From an uncultured bacterium (GTDB lineage Bacteria > Eisenbacteria > RBG-16-71-46 > CAZAMP01): a stretch of DNA of 64,000 nucleotides. Below are positions 63,486 through 64,000 of this stretch, piece after piece. The notes below the pieces were generated by a model. The model was not told the origin of the DNA. It ran no database searches and saw only the letters and a program-made list of their open reading frames with translations. Position 1 is the first letter of the stretch. Each line of letters opens with the position of its first letter. Location: positions 118,722 to 182,721 of the forward strand of contig CAZAMP010000002.1 of the NCBI GenBank assembly GCA_964486455.1. The letters run 5' to 3'. A program made the position numbers and the translations under genes.

Positions 63486-64000
63486 ATGCGTGGGTGGGCG
63501 CTACTTGCCGTGGCTTTGGCCGCATTCGCGGGGACGGCCGAAGCGGTTCCCTTTGAAATCCTCGACAGCAACGAAACGCGTCTGAAGATTGCTTTTTCAC
63601 TTCCCGGCTATGACCTCACGGAGCTGAATGTAGAGGGAGAGACGTATGCCCGGGTGAAAGCCCCGGCGGTCCTCACGACGACCGAGATCGGTCGGCCGGA
63701 TCTCCCGGTCTTCAGCACGCTCGTCGGTATTCGGCCGGGCGCGCGGGTGGCGCTCGAGATCGTGGACATCGAGACGCGTGTCATCGAAGGCGTGATGCCG
63801 CTCCCCGTCGCTGAGCAGCGGATCGTGAAGCCGGAGGAAGGCGATCTTCCGACGCCGATCGAAATCTTCACGAAAGATGACGAGACATATGGCACCGATG
63901 CCCTCTATCCACCGGCGGTCGCTGACGTGGGTGCGGAGGCCAGGCTTCGGAATCAATCGATCGTGCCGCTGCGCATCACTCCGATCCGATTCCGCGGAGG
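63486..64000 (+). CDS. 5' part of a peptidase C25 (gingipain-like) family protein, truncated by the window end
   Basis: Not in the ORF track because it has no stop. ATG 63486 with RBS AGGAG. Translation MRGWALLAVALAAFAGTAEAVPFEILDSNETRLKIAFSLPGYDL..LNVEGETYARVKAP...TTEIGRPDLPVFSTLVGI...YP resembles the C25 propeptide region (..G..Y..I.......G.P.LP). Confidence 0.55.
   Translation, partial: MRGWALLAVALAAFAGTAEAVPFEILDSNETRLKIAFSLPGYDLTELNVEGETYARVKAPAVLTTTEIGRPDLPVFSTLVGIRPGARVALEIVDIETRVIEGVMPLPVAEQRIVKPEEGDLPTPIEIFTKDDETYGTDALYPPAVADVGAEARLRNQSIVPLRITPIRFRG

Overview
High-GC, gene-dense, chromosome-like segment: about 57 supportable CDS, 5 tRNAs and one tmRNA. There is no rRNA, CRISPR array, transposase, integrase or phage gene. 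Many adjacent genes overlap by 1-4 nt (ATGA/GTGA/TGATG), so most lie in tightly coupled operons. The housekeeping backbone is arcC, smpB, amidase-GerMN-murI, rph-rdgB, ssb, ssrA, a SahR-like regulator with ahcY, a YgfK-like oxidoreductase, typA, yggS-divIVA-DUF167-PNP-lspA-rluD, a STAS/anti-sigma kinase pair, and ruvX-mltG-larE-like. Accessory content includes a czcCBA-type heavy-metal RND efflux operon preceded by a small Cys/His-rich protein, and four exported proteins with T9SS-type (FlgD-Ig-like) C-terminal domains. It also includes a GH97-DASS-phosphodiesterase operon, a tandem-CBM48 gene coupled to a 1395-aa TPR-CHAT protein, an ECF sigma factor, a Ser/Thr kinase, three tandem SurA/PpiC-like chaperone genes and a truncated C25-type peptidase. 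The T9SS-like tails, DUF3098-like protein, LTD and dockerin-like modules suggest an uncultivated FCB-superphylum or Gemmatimonadota-like bacterium, but this is inference only. I found no clear-cut novel multi-gene system. The observations most worth follow-up are listed here. (1) A short C-terminal (S/T)(S/T)WGx(I/L/V)Kxx(Y/F) tail recurs on three unrelated small exported proteins. (2) The metal-efflux locus has a membrane-anchored Cys-rich mini-protein and three tandem C-x2-H-x6-C-x2-C-N-P modules on the adaptor subunit. (3) The CBM48 and TPR-CHAT genes are coupled and both products look exported. (4) An 8-bp tandem duplication breaks a methyltransferase gene between tRNA-Lys and ssrA. (5) Two long non-coding gaps contain conserved-looking helices. 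All functional calls rest on motifs recognised by eye, since no database search could be run.
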